A stretch of 64,000 nt of DNA from an uncultured Acidobacteriaceae bacterium (GCA_963821315.1 CAWGDP010000009.1:89454-153453), one strand, 5' to 3'; positions 19,801 through 29,936 are shown, counted from the stretch's first letter. A program made the numbers and translations. The notes: a model not told the origin generated them from the sequence alone.

Positions 19801-20179
19801 GGGGAGCGGGCAGGTCGGCGGGCAGGAAGCTTTGCGCGGCGTTGATCGCCGATTGGACTTCTTCCTCAGCGATATCGATGTTGAGCGTGAGGTTGAACTG
19901 CAGCACCACCACCGAGGTGGCCCCGGAGCTGGTGGAGGTCATCTGGCTCAGACCCTGCATTTCGCCAAATTGCCGTTCCAGCGGGGCGGTGACGGTGGTG
20001 GCTACGACGTCGGGGCTGGCTCCGGGATAGAAGGTGAGTACCTGGATGGTCGGGTAGTCGACCTCAGGCAGGGCGGAAACCGGCAGTTGCGTGTAGGCAA
20101 CGATCCCTACGAGCATGATTGCGGCCATCAGCAACGAGGTGGCGACCGGCCGCAGAATAAATGGGCGAGACGGGCTCAC
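16867..20179 (-). pseudogene. mdtB: RND multidrug efflux permease, MdtB-like, frame-disrupted near the C-terminus
   Basis: ORF 16940..20179 (MSPSRPFILRPVATSLLMAAIMLVGIVAYTQLPVSALPEVDYPTIQVLTFYPGASPDV...) loses frame at about 17048-17057 (..[10 protein letters not shown]). The true end, ..[35 protein letters not shown], is in track ORF 16867..17076. Confidence 0.85.
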
Positions 20180-21453
20180 GGGGCATCGCTCTCATTATTC
20201 GCGGGGAGAAGCACCTGTTTGCTGATGGTGACCTTGGAGCCGTCCTGCAGCTTCTCGAAGCTGCTATCGGCGACCACATCTCCCGGGTTGAGCCCTTGCA
20301 CCTCGGTAACGCTGGCCTCGCTGACCCCGGGCTTGATGTTATGAATATGCGCGACGTTATTTTGAATCAGGAACACATAAGATTGATCGCCGTTGTGCTG
20401 GATGGCCGAGGAGGGGATCAGGATCACGTTCTGAAGGGTTTGCAGCAGCAAGCGGGCATTCACGAACTGGTTAGGGAAGAGCGCGTTGTCTTTGTTGTCA
20501 AAGATGGCGCGCAGCTTCAGGGTTCCGGTCGTGGTGTCAATCTGGTTGTCGGTTGCTTCCAGTTTTCCTGAGGCCAGGTTGGACTGGTTGGTGCGGTCCA
20601 GCGCGTCTACGGGAAGCGCCTTGCCGTGTTTCATCTGCTGTTGCAGTTGGCTCACATTGTCTTCCGGAATGGTGAAGACCACGGTGATGGGCTGCAACTG
20701 GGTGACGACGGCCAGGGCCGTGGCGGCCGAGGCCACGGCGAGGTTGCCCGGATCGACCAGTCGGAGACCGACCCGGCCATTAATGGGCGAGGTGATGTGG
20801 GTGTAAGCCAGTTGTGTCTGGTCGAACTGCAGGGTCCCCTGGTCCGCTTTGACGGTGCCTTGGTCCTGCAAGACCAGCTTTTCCTGGTCATCCAGGGTCT
20901 GTTTCGGTATCGCGTTGCGCGCCCAGGCGTCCTGGTAGCGCTTGAGGTCCATTTCGGCCTGGGCCAGCAGGTTGGTGTCCCGATCTAACGCCCCCTGGGC
21001 GGCGAGCACGTTGGCCGCGTACTGCCGGGGATCGATCTGGATCAGGAGCTGGCCGCGCTGGACCAATTGACCTTCACGGTAGCGAACGTCCGTAATAACA
21101 CCGGTTACCTGGCTGATCAGGGTGGTGGTATAGACCGGGGTGACGGTGCCGATGGCGTCCAGGTAGACGCCTATGTTGCCTTTTTGCGCCGTCTGGACGT
21201 TCAGGGTTACGGAGCCGCCGAGGGCGCCTCGCCGGCCGCCGGCACGGGCTGCCGGGGCCTGCTTGCGGTGCATGACCCACCAGAAGAGCAGGCCAAAAAG
21301 GGCCAGGATGACGAGCCAGACCAGGATGCGAACTCCCATGGAGCGACGCTGCGGGGGCGGAGGCAGTTGGTGATCGGGCCCGATGTGCGGTTCGGTAGCG
21401 CGCGGCTCCACTTTCTCTTGCCTGGTTCGGGTGTCGCGAATGTCGTCTTGCAT
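20176..21453 (-). CDS. mdtA: RND efflux periplasmic adaptor (membrane fusion protein), MdtA-like
   Basis: ORF 20176..21453. It has an N-terminal TM anchor (ILVWLVILALFGLLFWWV), then HlyD/MFP-like lipoyl/barrel segments (..VTGVITDVRYREGQLVQRGQLLIQIDPRQY..). There is a 4-nt overlap with the mdtB start. Confidence 0.85.
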   Translation of the reverse strand: MQDDIRDTRTRQEKVEPRATEPHIGPDHQLPPPPQRRSMGVRILVWLVILALFGLLFWWVMHRKQAPAARAGGRRGALGGSVTLNVQTAQKGNIGVYLDAIGTVTPVYTTTLISQVTGVITDVRYREGQLVQRGQLLIQIDPRQYAANVLAAQGALDRDTNLLAQAEMDLKRYQDAWARNAIPKQTLDDQEKLVLQDQGTVKADQGTLQFDQTQLAYTHITSPINGRVGLRLVDPGNLAVASAATALAVVTQLQPITVVFTIPEDNVSQLQQQMKHGKALPVDALDRTNQSNLASGKLEATDNQIDTTTGTLKLRAIFDNKDNALFPNQFVNARLLLQTLQNVILIPSSAIQHNGDQSYVFLIQNNVAHIHNIKPGVSEASVTEVQGLNPGDVVADSSFEKLQDGSKVTISKQVLLPANNESDAP

Positions 21454-21776
21454 CAGTTAACCTGGTGTCCTCTTTCCTGGTGTTGCTCCCATGTCTCCCG
21501 TTTGCGTTATCTACGGCGGGAGGAGTGGCCTCTACTTGCGCCGGTTTGCCGGCGAGCGAAGCCCGGGCAAGCAATTCCACGGGCGGGCGACGGCACGCAG
21601 GGGGCAGATGTCGTCAAAACAGTTTATGGCATATCCAACCAAGGAAGCTGATCCGTACTCAACCGTGGCAATCAACCTCTGAAGGCCTGGGGGCGGAAAG
21701 CCTGAAGATTCTCGGGCACGATTACCGATTAGACGGCCCACCCGCGTCGTGAGACGCACGCGGCCTTCCTCCGCGC

Positions 21777-21804
21777 TCCGTGCTCTGATATCCGTGCTCT
21801 GATA
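21777..21804. repeat. perfect 14-bp tandem direct repeat, tccgtgctctgata x2
   Basis: Seen directly at 21777-21790 and 21791-21804, inside the roughly 400-bp untranslated region upstream of mdtA. Confidence 0.7.
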
Positions 21805-21852
21805 GAGGATAACGCAGGCGGGTCTCCCGGGAAAATTCTCAGATCGATATCT

Positions 21853-22116
21853 TTACTTGGGGCTGGATGGTTTCCTGGCTGCGGGCGCCTTGGCCGCCTT
21901 CTTCTGGCTCTTCACCTTGGCCCAACGCTTGTGCTGAGCGTCGGCGATTGCCTTGCGCGCCTGGGCACTCAGTTGCCGGCGAGGCTTTTTATGGGTAACA
22001 GTGGCGGCAGCGGGCTTCTTGCGGGCAGGAGTCGTACCGATCTGCGCGAGGATGGCGCGCGCTTGGCGAAGCGCCGCGATCTCTTCATCGATGGCGTTCA
22101 AGATGTCGTCGTTCAC
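21853..22116 (-). CDS. small basic protein (87 aa), paralogue of 39210..39446
   Basis: Within ORF 21853..22239. I prefer the GTG at 22116, which has AAGGA 6 nt upstream. Sequence: (M)NDDILNAIDEEIAALRQARAIL...LSAQARKAIADAQHKRWAKVKSQKK. It shares the architecture and the LS.EAR..IA.AQ.KRWAK motif with the 39.2-kb gene. Confidence 0.55.
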   Translation of the reverse strand: MNDDILNAIDEEIAALRQARAILAQIGTTPARKKPAAATVTHKKPRRQLSAQARKAIADAQHKRWAKVKSQKKAAKAPAARKPSSPK

Positions 22117-22418
22117 ATTCGTTCCTTTCGCTCTACGGCCAGAATAACAGTTTAGTCGCGGGCCGGCCGTGATCCTCCCGGAAAGATCCGAAGGTGGTCG
22201 GTAAAAGCCGGGCCTTCTTCCTGAAATTAGCACCATCATTGTTACATTAGAGGTGTTACCTGACCGTCACCAGTTGGGGTGATTACCCTTGTGCGCTCGA
22301 GTAATGGCGCTTAAGTGACACCGCTCGTTCGCCGCGCTACACGTTTCGTAAGCTGGCGGTTTTTCAAATCTCGATTAATCTCACTCATGTAGTCAGTTGC
22401 TGTGACGCGAGGGAGATC

Positions 22419-22994
22419 ATGAAGGGCTATACGAAGGTAGTGAAGATGGCGATGTTGGCGGCGGCGAGTGCGGTGTTAGCGGCCGGTTGCGCGGATTCCA
22501 GGGTGGCAAGCAAATCCAATCTTGCCGACGCACTCAACCACGATTATTCGGCGAGTGAGGACTGCCTTTTCACCAAGCCGATGCCTTTTCCTTATCAAGT
22601 GTCGGTCAATGACAAGCTGCTGGCGGAGACGCGGCATCGCCTGGATGCCCTGGCCGAAGCTGGATTGTTGGAGCGGGAACAGACCACCGAGGGCGCGGAC
22701 ACGATCAATCGTTATGTACTGACGGCCGCAGGCAGCCGGACCGAAGGGGCGGGCAAATTCTGCTACGGGCGCCGCCAGATCACCAGCGTGGAGAAGTTCA
22801 CTCCGCCGGTCGATTACGATGGCAAGCCGCTGACCAAAGTGGAATACCACTTTGTGCTCAAGAATCCTCCCAGCTGGGCCAAGAAGGATGAAGTACGGAA
22901 CGCCTTTCCCATGGTAGCGAAGTCGATGTCGGACGAGCCGGTTGATGAGGCCACCTTGATGTTGACCCATGATGGCTGGGTCTTAACCTATTAA
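22419..22994 (+). CDS. hypothetical lipoprotein (191 aa)
   Basis: ORF 22419..22994. Signal peptide plus lipobox: MAMLAAASAVLAAGC. Confidence 0.6.
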   Translation: MKGYTKVVKMAMLAAASAVLAAGCADSRVASKSNLADALNHDYSASEDCLFTKPMPFPYQVSVNDKLLAETRHRLDALAEAGLLEREQTTEGADTINRYVLTAAGSRTEGAGKFCYGRRQITSVEKFTPPVDYDGKPLTKVEYHFVLKNPPSWAKKDEVRNAFPMVAKSMSDEPVDEATLMLTHDGWVLTY

Positions 22995-23079
22995 CCACCT
23001 CCCTGAGCATCTTCACTTCTGCGTACGGGGAAGGGCAACGAGCGAGGCTTTTCCTAGGGAAAGCCGCCTTGGGAGCGGT

Positions 23080-23560
23080 TGCTTAGCAAAACGCAAGAAG
23101 TGAAATGCCGTAAAAGCCCATATCTGCCGCGCTTGCAGGTGACAGATATGGGCATTTTGTTTTTGCGCGAGAGAACCGGAAGGGAAACGTCAGCTCCCAA
23201 GTATGGTGCCGCGCCTCCAGCGCTCCAGATACGTTTGGATCAATACCCAGCCCTTCCGGGCTGGGCTCACGTTTGGCAGTCGGCCCTCCGGGCCGCATTC
23301 AACGCGGATGGGTGGACCATAGCGCCGTCAAGGCGACGGATATCAAGATTATGGGCATTTTGTTTTTGGGGAGAGAACCGGAAGAGAGACGTCAGCTCCC
23401 AAGGCCCGGAGGGCCGGCCACCAAACTGTGCAGCCCAGCCCGGGAGGGCTGGGTAACGATGCAAACGAATCTGGAGCGCCGTAGGTGCGGCACATTTTTC
23501 ATCTCACGGCCTGAAGGCCGATGGTTCGTGATGCTGGATGTCCGGGCTAAAGCCCAGACC
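23080..23560. repeat. intergenic cluster of REP-like hairpins, including a ~55-nt direct repeat
   Basis: tatgggcattttgtttttg.g.gagagaaccggaag.ga.acgtcagctcccaag occurs at about 23146-23200 and about 23351-23405. Hairpins include cccagcccttccgggctggg, ggccctccgggcc and cagcccgggagggctg. All track ORFs here are short repeat read-throughs. Confidence 0.7.
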
Positions 23561-24839
23561 TACCGGACATAAGGATTCTCAAATCGCGTAGGTTGTTGTG
23601 CGTGGGGCCGGTGACCAGGGTGTCGCCCAGCGCGGTGAAGAGCGGGTAGGCGTCGAAACGAGCAAGGGCGGAGGCGGCATCGAATCCCAGAGCCTGTGCC
23701 CGGCCTACGGTCGTCGGATCGGCGATGGCGCCGGCGGCGTCACTGACCCCATCAATGCCATCACTTCCGGCGCTCAGCACGACTACCGGCGAAGCCGCCC
23801 CAGCCAGGGCCAAAGCACACGCTAACGCGAATTGTTGGTTGCGCCCGCCGGCGCCGTGCTCGCGGCCCAGGCGCACTGTCACTTCACCGCCCGATAGCAG
23901 ACACACTGTGGGATGCTCACGCCGCAACTGTGCAAAGCGCTCCAGCAGATAGCGGGCGGCATCGGCGTAATCCCAATCGTCACAGCTGTTGTCGACCACC
24001 GTTTCATACCCTAAGCTCTGGGCCTTGGTTCGGGCAGCGTCCATCAGATCGTCGCTGGAGAGCAGGACTTCCACCGGTGCCTCGGGCAGCGCAGGCGTCT
24101 CGGGGAGATGGGGATCATCAAAGAAAGCCCGCACTCCCGGTGTAAAGCGCTCGCGCAGATGGTAGCGGCCGATGATCTCCCGGCATTCCGCCACCGTGGA
24201 GGAGTCGGACAGCGTGGGGCCGGAAGCCAGGGCATCGAGATGACGAGGCGCCACGTCCGACAGCAGGAGGGACATTCTCCCAGCGCGGCCCGCGGCGGCC
24301 GCGAGGCGTCCACCTTTGACCGCGGAGAAATGTTTGCGCACGGTGTTGATCTCCGCGATGGCCGCTCCCGAACCCACCAGCGCCTGGTAGAGCGAGCGAG
24401 TCTCCTCCAGCGAGATGCGCTCATCCAACGGCAGCTCGACCATGGCGGAGCCGCCGCCGCTGATCAGGAAGAAGACGAAGTCCCGCTCGCCCATTTGCCG
24501 CAACCAGCGCAGCGCAGCCCGGGCGGAAGCGAAGGAATCCTCATTGGGCAAAGGATGGCCGCCGAGGAAATACTCCACCCCAGGTTCCCGGTCCGAGGGC
24601 AGTACCGGCGCGCAGCATACTCCGCCATCCAACGCTCGCGGCAGACGAGCGCACAGCGATTCCAGCATGGGGAGAGCCGCCTTGCCCAGAGCTATGGCGT
24701 AGATGCGACCGTATTCGGCAAAGGGAAATGCGGCGGGAAAGCGGCGATCGAAGGCGGCGGCAATGCTCGAGGAACGGAGCGCATGGTGAAAGATACTGCG
24801 CGCCTCCTCATGCATCGTGCGCAGCAGGCCTTCCTTCAT
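23547..24839 (-). CDS. glycerate 2-kinase (MOFRL/DUF4147 family)
   Basis: ORF 23547..24839, 430 aa. Family-like segments as I recall them: ..IYAIALGKAALPM.., FFLISGGGSAMVELP, LLSGGEVTVRLG..HGAGGRNQQFALA, VLSAGSDGIDG. Confidence 0.7.
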   Translation of the reverse strand: MKEGLLRTMHEEARSIFHHALRSSSIAAAFDRRFPAAFPFAEYGRIYAIALGKAALPMLESLCARLPRALDGGVCCAPVLPSDREPGVEYFLGGHPLPNEDSFASARAALRWLRQMGERDFVFFLISGGGSAMVELPLDERISLEETRSLYQALVGSGAAIAEINTVRKHFSAVKGGRLAAAAGRAGRMSLLLSDVAPRHLDALASGPTLSDSSTVAECREIIGRYHLRERFTPGVRAFFDDPHLPETPALPEAPVEVLLSSDDLMDAARTKAQSLGYETVVDNSCDDWDYADAARYLLERFAQLRREHPTVCLLSGGEVTVRLGREHGAGGRNQQFALACALALAGAASPVVVLSAGSDGIDGVSDAAGAIADPTTVGRAQALGFDAASALARFDAYPLFTALGDTLVTGPTHNNLRDLRILMSGRSGL

Positions 24840-25513
24840 AGCGCATTCTCCGGGAGCACGAAGTGCTGCTTCAACCAGGCCATCAGGGCCTGCTGCATCT
24901 GCTCCAATTTGCCGGCGAAGAAATGATCCGCGCCCGGGATCATGACCAGGGTTGCCGGAGGCGCCGCGCCCGCCACCGCGGCTTCCACCCCCGTGCGCGG
25001 CCCGAACTCGTCGGCATCTCCGCTGATAAAGAGCTTGGGCTGGGGGCAGCCGGAGAGATAGCTGTAGTGATACTCGCGTCCCCCGGCTTTTACGGGAAGT
25101 CCCAGGGCCACGATGCCCTTGACCCGCTCATCTCCGCAGCAGGCGCGGAAACCAACGCTGGAGCCGAAGGAAAATCCGGCGAACAGCACGGGCAGTTGGT
25201 ACTCCCGTTGCAGCCAGTCGAGCGCGATGCGCGTATCGGTGACCTCGCCGCGGCCGTGGTCGTGCGTGCCCTCGCTCAAGCCGGCGCCGCGGAAGTTGAA
25301 GCGCAGCACCGGCAGCCCATAGGCCTGGAAGGCCTTCATGGCGTGATAGACAACCTTGTTGTGCATGGTTCCGCCGTAGAGCGGGTGCGGATGGCACACC
25401 AGGGCGGCGTAGGGGGCATCGGGCCGTCCCTCATTCAGCAGCGCTTCGATCCGGCCGGCGGGGCCGCGCAGATCATCCACGCTGCGCAGCAAAGGGGTGG
25501 GGTTCTCAGGCAT
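24836..25513 (-). CDS. alpha/beta hydrolase (225 aa)
   Basis: This is the C-terminal part of track ORF 24836..26134. The real start is the ATG at 25513 (MPENPTPLLRSVDDLRGPAGRIEALL..). Motifs: CHPHPLYGGTMHNKVV and the nucleophile elbow GFSFGS. The upstream 206 codons of the track ORF are antisense to the M20 peptidase gene. Confidence 0.7.
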   Translation of the reverse strand: MPENPTPLLRSVDDLRGPAGRIEALLNEGRPDAPYAALVCHPHPLYGGTMHNKVVYHAMKAFQAYGLPVLRFNFRGAGLSEGTHDHGRGEVTDTRIALDWLQREYQLPVLFAGFSFGSSVGFRACCGDERVKGIVALGLPVKAGGREYHYSYLSGCPQPKLFISGDADEFGPRTGVEAAVAGAAPPATLVMIPGADHFFAGKLEQMQQALMAWLKQHFVLPENAL

Positions 25514-25558
25514 CGCTTGTAATCCTACTAATGGATGGCTCAGGTATGCTGAAAAACG

Positions 25559-26587
25559 ATGAGACCCTTTGATCCCATTGCTCTGACCCGCCAATTGGTG
25601 GATATCGAATCCGTCACCTATAACGAGGGCGCGGTGGGGGAGTACCTTGACACCTTCCTGCGCGAGCGGGGCTTTGCCGTGGAACGGACGGCGGTGTCCC
25701 AGCCGCCCCACAGCCGCTACACCGGACCACGCTTCAATCTCTATGCCGGCAACGGAGAGCGGCCGGATGTGGTGCTCTCCACCCACATGGACACCGTGCC
25801 GCCCTTTTATCCCAGCAGTGAGGACGACCTGTATCTCTACGGGCGGGGCACCTGCGACGCCAAGGGAATTATCGCCGCGCAATTGGCGGCCGCCGAGCGG
25901 CTGCGCGATGCTGGAGTGAAGGCCGGGCTGTTGTTTGTGGTGGGGGAGGAGCGCGATTCGGCGGGAGCCAAAGCGGCCAATCTGCATCCCAAGGGAAGCC
26001 GTTTTCTGATCAACGGCGAACCTACCGACAACCGCCTGGCGTTGGCCTCGAAAGGAGTGCTGCGGGTGGAGGTCAAGGCCCACGGCATCATGGCCCATTC
26101 CGCCTATCCGGAGCTGGGCGATAGCGCGGTGCACAAGCTGGTGCAGGTGCTCGACCGGCTGCGGACTTTGCCCTTGCCCAGCGTCGAAGGGGTGGGCCCC
26201 AGCACGCTGAACATCGGCGTCATCGAGGGAGGCCGGGCGCCGAATGTGATTGCCGATGCCGCCTCGGCGCAGGTGCTGATCCGCCTGGTGGGGCCGTCGG
26301 ACGAGACCCGCAAGGCGTTGGAGCAGGCGGCTGCCGGCCTGGCTGAGGTGGAGTATGTCCTGGAAATTCCCTTTGTCCGCATGCGCCAGCTAGAGGGATT
26401 GGAAACCATGGTGGCGGCTTTCACGACCGATATCCCCGCGCTTGACCAATGGGGTGAGCCGGTGCTGCTGGGGCCGGGCTCGATCCATGTGGCGCATACG
26501 CCCTTTGAGAAGATTGCCAAGCGCGAACTGCTGGAGGCGGTGGACCTGTACTTCGAAGTGGCGCAGCGGCTGGCGCTTTCCCTATAG
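25559..26587 (+). CDS. M20-family metallopeptidase (ArgE/DapE/acetylornithine deacetylase-like)
   Basis: ORF 25559..26587. Motifs: LVDIESVTYNEG, STHMDTVPP, GRGTCDAKG, VVGEERDSAG. Confidence 0.75.
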   Translation: MRPFDPIALTRQLVDIESVTYNEGAVGEYLDTFLRERGFAVERTAVSQPPHSRYTGPRFNLYAGNGERPDVVLSTHMDTVPPFYPSSEDDLYLYGRGTCDAKGIIAAQLAAAERLRDAGVKAGLLFVVGEERDSAGAKAANLHPKGSRFLINGEPTDNRLALASKGVLRVEVKAHGIMAHSAYPELGDSAVHKLVQVLDRLRTLPLPSVEGVGPSTLNIGVIEGGRAPNVIADAASAQVLIRLVGPSDETRKALEQAAAGLAEVEYVLEIPFVRMRQLEGLETMVAAFTTDIPALDQWGEPVLLGPGSIHVAHTPFEKIAKRELLEAVDLYFEVAQRLALSL

Positions 26588-26593
26588 ATCCCG

Positions 26594-27076
26594 ATGACCT
26601 TCACCTGGACCCTGCGGCTGAAGTACGGAGCGCTGGCCGGCCTGGCAGGTTGGTTGGCAGGATGGCTGATGACCATCCCCTTTGTGCTTCGTCTTGCCTG
26701 GCGCTATGTCGATGCCCACGCCAGCCAGATGCCCGTCGCCGTGGGCAAAGGAATGGTGGTGTGGGGGGCTTTCAGCCTGTTCATGGCGATGTCGGGTTTC
26801 CTTCCCCTGGGGTTGCCGCTGCTGCTATTCATCTCTCCCCGCTGGATCGTGCGCCGGCGCCGCTTTCTGATCCCCGCAGTTACGCTGGCCGCCCTCCTGG
26901 GTATTTACTACCGCATGGGATTGTTGAATGCCTATCACTTCCTCCACCCGGAGGGGATTGTTAAATTCTTCACCACCGCGCCCAATCTGTTCGTCATCAC
27001 CTTCGCCCTGGTGATGATGTGGGTGTACATCCATCTGGCGCAACGACGGCTCTCCGCGTCAGATGTTCCTAGGTAG
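26594..27076 (+). CDS. hypothetical membrane protein (160 aa)
   Basis: ORF 26594..27076. About four hydrophobic segments and no recognisable motif. Confidence 0.5.
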   Translation: MTFTWTLRLKYGALAGLAGWLAGWLMTIPFVLRLAWRYVDAHASQMPVAVGKGMVVWGAFSLFMAMSGFLPLGLPLLLFISPRWIVRRRRFLIPAVTLAALLGIYYRMGLLNAYHFLHPEGIVKFFTTAPNLFVITFALVMMWVYIHLAQRRLSASDVPR

Positions 27077-27078
27077 AC

Positions 27079-29193
27079 TTGGGAGAGATGACAGAGCCGA
27101 CCAACTCCCTCGCCGAAGCCTCTTCTTCGTATCTTCGTTCCGCCATGCACCAGCCGGTCCAGTGGCATGAATGGGGAGCCGAAGCCTTTGCCCGCGCGGC
27201 CGGAGAAGATAAGCCCATCCTGCTCGATATCGGGGCCGTGTGGTGCCACTGGTGTCATGTGATGGACCGCGAGAGCTACGAGGATCCGGGGCTGGCCGCG
27301 GTCATCAACGAGAACTTTGTCGCGGTCAAGGTCGATCGCGATGAGCGCCCGGATGTGGATACGCGCTACCAGGCCGCGGTCGCAGCCATTAGCGGGCAAA
27401 ACGGATGGCCGCTGACGGCGGTGTTGACTCCCCAGGGCCAGCCGTTTTTCGGGGGCACGTATTTTCCCCGCGACGACCGCTACGGGCGGCCGGGATTCGA
27501 GCGCGTGCTGCGCAGCATGGTGGACGCCTGGAAGACGCGCCGCGACGAGGTACTGGAATCGGCCGGCAGCGTGGTCGCGGCGATCGAACACAACGAGAAC
27601 TTCGCCGGGCGCGCAGACAGCCTGAGCATGAGCATCGTGGACAAGATGGTGGCCTCCGCGCTGGAGAAGTTCGATCGCCACCACGGTGGCTTCGGGGCGC
27701 AGCCCAAGTTTGCCCATCCCTCGGCCATCGATCTGCTGCTGGATGTTTCCGGGACGCACGGGCAACGAGGCGGCCAGGGAGGCCGCCGTAGTGACCCTGG
27801 AGAAGATGGCGCTGGGCGGGGTGTACGACCACCTGGGTGGGGGCTTTCATCGCTACTCCGTCGATGAGGCCTGGGTGGTGCCGCACTTTGAAAAGATGCT
27901 GTACGACAACGCCCAGCTGCTGAAGAACTACGTGCATGCCTTTCAAAGCTACGTGGGGGTGGAGTCGGCGCGGGTGGCCAAGGACATCATCCGCTGGATG
28001 GACACCTGGCTGACCGACCGCGAGCGGGGCGGCTTCTACGCCTCGCAGGATGCGGACATCGACCTGGACGACGATGGAGACTACTTCACCTGGACCCGCG
28101 CGGAAGCCGCCGCCGTGCTTACTCCGGAGGAGATGGAGATTGCCGCCGCCTACTACGACATCGGCGACCTGGGGGATATGCACCACAATCCCGCCAAGAA
28201 CGTGCTCCATGTGAAACAGACGCTGGACGCGGTGGCGGCCCGTGCGGGCAAGACGCGTGCGGAAGCGCAAGCGCTGTTGGCGAGCGCCCACTCCCGGCTG
28301 TATGTCGCGCGGGGGAAGCGGCCCACGCCGTTCATTGATACGACGGTTTACACCAACTGGAATGCCCTGGCGGTCTCGGCGTATCTCGAGGCGGCGCAAG
28401 TGCTGCGCGTGCCTGCCGTGAAAGCCTTTGCGCTGCTGACCCTGGACCGGCTGCTGGGTGAGGGTCTGCATCCTGACCGCGGTCTGGCCCACGTGATCTC
28501 CTACACCGGGGGCGGCGGGAACAAAATGGGTAGCGGGCATGCTGGACGATTATGCCTTTCTCACCCACGCCTGCCTGGATGGCTGGCTCGCGACCGGCGC
28601 AGTGAAGTATTACCGCGCCGCGATGGATTTGGCTGAGCGCATGATTGCGGAGTTCTACGACCCGGTCGGCGGAGGCTTTTTCGACGCCACGGCAAAGGGG
28701 CCAGAGCTGCTGGGCGTGCTGACGGCGCGGCGCAAGCCGCTGCAGGATTCGCCCACGCCGGCGGGAAACCCGTCTGCTGCGGGGGCGCTGCTGCGCCTGG
28801 AGGCGCTGAATGGGCGGGCCGATCTGCGGGAAAAAGCCGAGGATACTCTGGAGACCTTTGCCGGCGTGGTGACCCACTTCGGGCTCTACGCAGGAACCTA
28901 TGGCCTGGCCCTGGAGCGGCTGTTGCTGCCGCCGGTGCAGGTGGTGGTGATTGGAGAGGACGCCGCCGATGAGCTGGAGGCGGCGGCCACTGATGGGCTA
29001 CGCGGTGAACAAGAGCGTGATCCGTTTGACCCGGGCGCAGGTAGCGCAAGAGCTGCCGCCCTTGCTGGCCGAAACGCTGCCCCTGCTTCCCGACCTCAAG
29101 GCGGCGCACAGCTTCGCCGTGGTTTGCCGGGGAACCTCCTGCCTTCCGCCGACCAGAAGCCCGGAGCAGCTCATCACGTTGCTGCAGGGTTAG
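27079..29193 (+). pseudogene. thioredoxin-domain protein, YyaL/DUF255 (SSP411-like), frame-disrupted three times
   Basis: Fragments are 27079..27867, 27686..28636, 28539..29225 and 28951..29193. The N-terminus carries the DUF255 signature WHEWGAEAF..A..EDKPILLDIGAVWCHWCHVM..ESYED. Junctions: about 27760-27762 (..LLLDVSGTHG / NEAAREAAVVTLEKM), about 28535-28537 (..GGGNKMGSG / MLDDYAFLTHACLDGW) and about 28989 (..DELEAAA / LMGYAVNKSVIRL). Confidence 0.8.
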
Positions 29194-29270
29194 GGAGGTA
29201 TGCATCCGGAGATGGTCCAATTTAGGCCGGTAACAAGAGGAAGTATTCTGGCATACTGGCGAGCTCAGTC

Positions 29271-29403
29271 CCGTAGGAGTCTGTGTCGTAGCACATCGGA
29301 GCTGAGCTAGAGTTGACCATTTCCGTATCAATGACGATGAATTCTGCTGGTTAATTCGTATAGCTTTTCGTCGATTTCTTAGCTACGACACAGACTCCGT
29401 AGG
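29271..29403. repeat. inverted-repeat element (16-bp perfect arms) enclosing an AT-richer ~90-bp core
   Basis: Arms are ..gagtctgtgtcgtagc (to 29292) and gctacgacacagactc.. (from 29382). Confidence 0.6.
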
Positions 29404-29936
29404 ACGGCTAAGTAGGGACGTAGTCCTTGAGAGCCAGTCAGTCCCAGGACGGCTGAGAGTAGCCAGGCGTAGTCCTGGGCAGATATGAGAGCCAGATCAG
29501 TCCCGCCAGGGACGGCTGGAGTAGCCCAGGACGTAGTCCTGGGCATATGAGAGCCAGGATCAGTCTCGCCAGGGACGGCTGAGAGTAGCTCAGGACGTAG
29601 TCCTGGGCAGATGAGAGCCAGATCAGTCCCGCCAGGGACGGCTGAGAGTAGCCCAGGACGTAGTCCTGGGTAGATATGAGAGCCAGGATCAGTCCCGCCA
29701 GGGACGGCTGAGAATGTCCCAGGACGCCCGTCCTGGGCTTACTTATTCTTCGGCTCCGTGTGCGGTTAGAAATTTCTTGAATTCCTCTTCGGCGCGGCTC
29801 CTATTGCCACTCGAGTGTACCCAGGACTGCCGTCCTGGGACATTCTCAGCCGTCCCTGACGGGACTGGTCGTAGCCCCAATACCTACCCAGGACTGCCGT
29901 CCTGGGCTATTCTCAGCCGTCCCTTCGGGACTCAAT
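29396..29936. repeat. tandem array of REP units (about 6 direct copies, ~63-bp period) followed by 2 inverted copies
   Basis: The unit is tcagtcccgccagggacggctgagagtagcccaggacgtagtcctgggcagatatgagagccag(g)a. Units start at about 29437, 29496, 29559, 29622 and 29688, with a degenerate one at 29396. Inverted copies lie at about 29817-29868 and 29884-29936. The same family forms the palindrome at 40491..40642. Confidence 0.85.

Noticed and set aside
16976-20344. Two long + strand ORFs (16976..18610, 544 aa; 18659..20344, 561 aa)
   Set aside because: Both are antisense to the clearly recognisable mdtB permease. They have Gly/Arg/Asp/His-rich repetitive composition and are shadow ORFs.
21465-21760. 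Short ORFs in the mdtA leader (e.g. 21491..21682, 21465..21752)
   Set aside because: No start context and no motifs, and they are mutually overlapping in several frames. I treat the region as non-coding leader.
25514-26134. N-terminal 206 codons of track ORF 24836..26134
   Set aside because: This part is antisense to the M20 peptidase gene and is Arg/Gly/His-rich. The hydrolase sequence becomes protein-like only from the ATG at 25513, so I truncated the call.
27389-28540. 383-aa minus-strand ORF
   Set aside because: It is antisense to the YyaL/DUF255 gene fragments and is Arg/Pro/Gly-rich. The same reasoning applies to 35515..36216 and 36604..37347, which lie opposite the SulP gene.
29396-29743. 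Possible CRISPR array (regular ~63-bp periodicity)
   Set aside because: The whole period is conserved. The would-be spacers (agat(at)gagagccag(g)a) are the same in every unit. The unit is a member of a dispersed REP family (also at 40491..40642), inverted copies follow, and no cas genes are nearby.
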